Positions 59,801-64,000 of a DNA stretch of 64,000 nucleotides are shown one piece after another (position 1 is the first letter of the stretch; every line of letters begins with the position of its first letter). The stretch lies in the NCBI GenBank assembly GCA_002269645.1, contig NIVC01002069.1, positions 143,255-207,254 on the forward strand, read 5' to 3'. The stretch comes from Macrostomum lignano (Eukaryota). The notes below the pieces were generated by a model, which did no database searches, had not been told where the DNA came from, and saw only the letters and a list, made by a program, of their open reading frames with translations. The position numbers and the translations under genes were made by a program.

Positions 59801-62508
59801 GACACAAGATCGACGAGATCGACGAATACCTACTGGGCAGGTTCATCGGTCCAATGGAGGCAGTTAACACCATCCTGGGCTTCGAGGTGCACAGCCGATA
59901 CCCCCTGTGATCAGGCTCGCGGTTCATCTTAAGGACGAGCAGCGAGTTTTTTTCACAGACGAGACGGCTCAGGCTATTGCTGCTACGCCCAAGGCCACAA
60001 CTTTGACCGCCTTCTTCGATGTGAGTTTTGCAGACAGAGTGCAATTTGTTCAATTTTTGCTCCTTCCTGTTCCTAAACGCCCAGTTTCCTGTTCCTACCC
60101 GCCCAGCTTTGTCGCCATGACGAAATCGCCCGAGGTCTGCTGTACCAGGAGGTGCCCCGGCACTTCACCTGGGACCCCAGGGCGCACCAGTGGCATCGCG
60201 CAGGTCGCGGTCGAGTCGCTGCTGATCAGCCAGCCGATGTTCTGACGACCAGCAACATCGGCCGCATCTACACAGTCAGTCCTCGGATGGGCGACTGTTT
60301 CTAGCGCGCCTGCTGCTGGTGAATGTGCGCGGCCCGACTTCGTTCGAGGCTCTGCGCACTGTTGATGGAGTCCTGTTGCCGACCTTCAAGGCCGCCTGCC
60401 AGGCTCGCGGACTGCTGGAGGATGACAGGCACTGGCAGCTGTGCCTGTCCGAAGCTGCCCAGACGCGGATGCCTGCTGCTCTGCGCCGACTTTTTGCCGC
60501 AATTTTGGCGCACGGCGATCCCAGCGACCCCGCGAAGCTCTGGGAGGAGTTTTCCGCGAGATGGCTGGCGACCTGCTGCACCAGGGCTTGAGCGCCGAGG
60601 CTGCTATGGCCGAAGTTCTGCGGTCGCTGCAGAAGCGGCTGGAGCGGATGGGCGGATCCGAGCTGTCTGCCTACGGCCTTCCCGAACCACTGGCAGAAGC
60701 GGATCAAGTAAATGAACTCACTGCTATGCACGTAGTGCAGTATGTACTCACTGCATATGCACGTAGTGCTATGCAGTTTTTAACCTTTAATAGCTTACTG
60801 ATTACAGCTTCTTCTCAATATCCAGACTCGGCTTCTTTCTGATTGCCTGCCGACGCTGCAAGAAGCTGCTGAGCTGCAGTCTGAAGTGGATGCGCTGGTC
60901 GCTACCCTGACTGACGAGCAGCGAGCTGTCTTCGAGGCCGTGCAGTCCAATCTGACGGCCGGCGGCGGCGGGCTGCATTTCATTGACGCTCCTGGCGGCA
61001 CAGGCAAGACGTTCCTGCTCACGCTTCTGCTGAAGTCGGTTCGAGCAAGGCGTCAAATTGCTGTTGCCGTCGCGTCATCGGGCATCGCGGCGACTATTCT
61101 TCCCGGAGGTCGAACCGCCCACTCGATGTGAGTTTTGTGTCTGCATAAATCATTTTATAAACTGTTAGTTTTTAAGCACAGAAAGTCATGCCTAATTTAT
61201 CATCACAATAGACCATCCTCGCGATACCTGCCTGCAGGTTCAAGATCCCCGTCTGCGCTGTACGGCAGGACAGCGCCTTCTGCTCCATCGGCAGGCGGAG
61301 CAAACTGGCGGAGATTCTGCGGAACGCCCGCCTCATCGTGTGGGACGAGGCTCCGATGACGCACCGCAAAGACCTCGAGATCGTCGAGCGTTCTTGCGTG
61401 ATTTGCTGCACGGTGGGCAGCCGTTCGGGGAGCGCTGCTGGTGCTGGCTGGCGACTTTCGCCAGTTGCTTGCTGTTGTGCCCGGAGGGACGCAGGCCAAC
61501 ACGATCGAAGCCTGCCTGAATCGGTCGGTGCTGTGGCGGCACTTCCGGCAGCACCAGCTCACAAGGAATCTGCGGCTGGAGGGCGGCTCGGCTCTCCAAA
61601 GCTACGCAGATTTTCTTATGCAGGTGAGAATCTATGGAGTTTCTATGCTCTAATTAAGCATGAAAATTGTAGAAAAAAATTGTAAAATTTCTACTCAATA
61701 AAAATTAAAATTTCTACTCATTCCACTTTTCACTGTCAGGTTGGCAACGGGGAGCTGCCAGAGGACGTTGAGGGCATGGTCTCCTTGCCTAGCGAGATCC
61801 TTCTGCCCGAGGACACAACCACTGAGCAGCTCATCCGGCACGTTTACCCGTCCTTTGAGCCGAGTGCGCAGCGTGACCAGATGTTCGCGAGCGGAGCATC
61901 CTGGCGCCACTCAACAGGACGGTGGACGAGGCCAACGCCGCCTGCTTAGCGCTCTTTCCCGGTGAGAGCCGAGTCTACCTGTCGGTCGACTCGATTCCGA
62001 ATGACGACACGGCAGCCACCAATTTTCCGCCGGAGCTGCTGAACCGGCTGGACCCCAGCGGTATGTCGCATCACCGACTGGAGCTGAAGGTCGGCATGCC
62101 GGTCGTCATGATGAGGAATCTGGACCCACCGCTGCTGTGCAATGGGACTCGGCTGCTGCTGCGCGAACTGCGTGACAACGTCCTGCTCGCGGAGGTCGCC
62201 ACTGGCATCTACCGTGGGCGGCAGGTGTTCATCCGCGGATTCCGCAGGAGCCGAGTCCGACCGAGATCCCGTTCGTTTTCCGCCGTCTGCAGTTCCCGAT
62301 CCGGCCGTGCTTCGCCATGACCATCCACAAGAGCCAGGGCCAGTCGCTGGGCACCTACGCTGTCGACCTGACGACAGCTTGCTTTCAGCATGGCCAGCTC
62401 TACGTGGCTCTGAGTCGTGCGCGGAGTGCCGATGGCGTTAAAGTTCGGGCTCCAGGCGGACGTACGAGAAACATCGTGTTGCGTCAGCTTATCGGCAAGC
62501 AGAACTAA
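56846..62508 (+). pseudogene. Helitron Rep (HUH) / PIF1-type helicase, ~9 exons, several frameshifts and stops
   Basis: Charged N-terminal repeats; CLHCSALRWKDEPASICCHAGK; IRKYNGALHMTS; GKRVILTSSYVGGPRY; FGRPDLFLTMTCNPKWPEI; EYQKRG/LPHVH; DNRWVVPY; AIKYVVKYITKG; FIDAPGGTGKT; WDEAPM; AGDFRQ; MTIHKSQGQSL; HGQLYVALSR. Confidence 0.95.
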
Positions 62509-62569
62509 CTATTATCTGAACTGAACTGAATCATAGGCAGGATGAAAGAATATATAGGTTTGAGTGACA

Positions 62570-63170
62570 TATTAGAAGAGTGAGTGGCAAATTATGAGAG
62601 TGAGTGACAAATTATGAGAGTGAGTGACAAATTATGAGAGTGAGTGGCAAATTATGAGAGTGAGTGACGAATTATGAGAGTGAGTGACAAATTATGAGAG
62701 TGAGTGACAAATTATGAGAGTGAGTGGCAAATTATGAGAGTGAGTGACAAATTATGAGAGTGAGTGGCAAATTATGAGAGTGAGTGACAAATTATGAGAG
62801 TGAGTGGCAAATTATGAGAGTGAGTGACGAATTATGAGAGAATTGAAAAATTTTGAGAGTGAGTAAGTGACAAATTATGAGACCGAGTAACAAATTATTT
62901 GAGTGAGTGAATGAAAAATGTTAAGAGAGAGTGACAAATTATGATAGCGAGTTGGTGAAAAATTATGCGAAGGAGTCATTAATCATGAGTGGGAGTGAAA
63001 AATTATGAGTGACAAATTTCAGTGCGATAATACTTAAGAGGGTGCAAATTCAGGCTGTCAAATTGAGTGTGACGAATTATGAGTCGGATAAAATATGAGT
63101 CATAAATTATGAGAGTGCCAAATTGAGAGTGTCGCAAATTATAAGTGATAAATTTTTAACAAAAACGATT
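62570..63170. repeat. 20-bp minisatellite (gagtgacaaattatgagagt) in the Helitron 3' region
   Basis: About 14 clean units that then decay. Confidence 0.9.
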
Positions 63171-64000
63171 AGGTGGTGGCAAAATTGTTTCTTGACAGAG
63201 TTGCTAAATGAATTTCATACAGGGGGGAGCTTTTAGAATGCTCAGGCTCCTATCAATTTAGATTCAATTGCCATACTTATTTTTTCTGAATCTTTTTAAT
63301 GTACAAAGTGGCCGTTCGTAATTTTTTTGTTAAGCTCTATATTTTATTACATTTGTTAGTATTTATTTATTTATTTAATATTGTCAGTTCAGTTTCTTTT
63401 TTTTTCCACTTTCTTCTTTTTACTTCCTATTATAATACAAATGCATTTGCTTATTAAAAAATATATGCCATACCGTACTCGGGGTGCGCAGGATTCTGAA
63501 TACAACAAGGCTGTCAATCATAGGCTATTAGTAACAAGCAATAAGTAATAGAAAGCATAAAATTCACATGAATTTAAACTTAACAAGTACTTAGCCAAAG
63601 AGACTATCCCATTTATTCGATCGTTTCCTGCGTACCCCCAATGATGTCTTTGAATTAGTTATTTTATATTCAACAGCGGCGAAGGAACTCGAGTACGAGT
63701 ATTCAGCTAGCTGTGAAAGGAACGCAGCAACATCAGTACTTGAAGAAGTCAAGAAAGTTATAACTCAGTGCAGCTATACAAAGTAGTTTTGGTACTTCTT
63801 CCACCATTTTCACTAAGATGTACAGTGCCTGCGTGACTGCTTAGCTGACGGGCAGCCAATCAGTTTTGCACATTTAAACTGCCTTATAGTGCAGCGGCAG
63901 AGAATGAGTAGCCAACAGCTGTTTATTAGAATGAATTCATTTAATTAATGATTTGCGCAACATCTATCACAGACTTTTAGATTATCACAACTTTAGACTG

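Larger units (their letters stand above)
55470..63710 (+). mobile_element. Autonomous-type Helitron (decayed)
   Basis: 5' TC-TTAATACTAA at 55470, Rep/helicase gene inside, candidate 3' end actcg-agta-cgagt hairpin + attcag + CTAG (63707-63710). The following base is C rather than the usual T, so the 3' end is tentative. Confidence 0.75.

Overview
Repeat-rich eukaryotic (metazoan) genomic DNA. The GC-rich exons, minisatellite-packed introns, TTAGGG repeats and long (GACA)n/(CAAG)n tracts resemble the free-living flatworm Macrostomum (inference, not verified). I assembled three spliced minus-strand host genes by hand with consistent GT-AG phases: (1) a RUNDC3-like RUN-domain gene (9 coding exons, 3347-11088, ~524 aa); (2) a complete thioester protein of the TEP/CD109 type (21 exons, 16672-34660, ~1558 aa, GCGEQ plus catalytic His); (3) a secreted, kinase-less protein built on an ALK/LTK-type glycine-rich domain (3 exons, 36466-38832). 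The start codon of gene 3 is the last unit of a 55-bp tandem array, which places nine short copy-cat uORFs upstream. The right third of the window is mobile DNA: CORE-like tRNA-SINEs, a Ty3/gypsy integrase fragment, an orphan 433-aa ORF, a 3'-deleted piggyBac, and a head-to-tail Helitron array. The array has four non-autonomous units ending in hairpin+CTCG and carrying (CCCTAA)n, followed by a decayed intron-containing Rep/helicase element. There are no prokaryotic features and no CRISPR.
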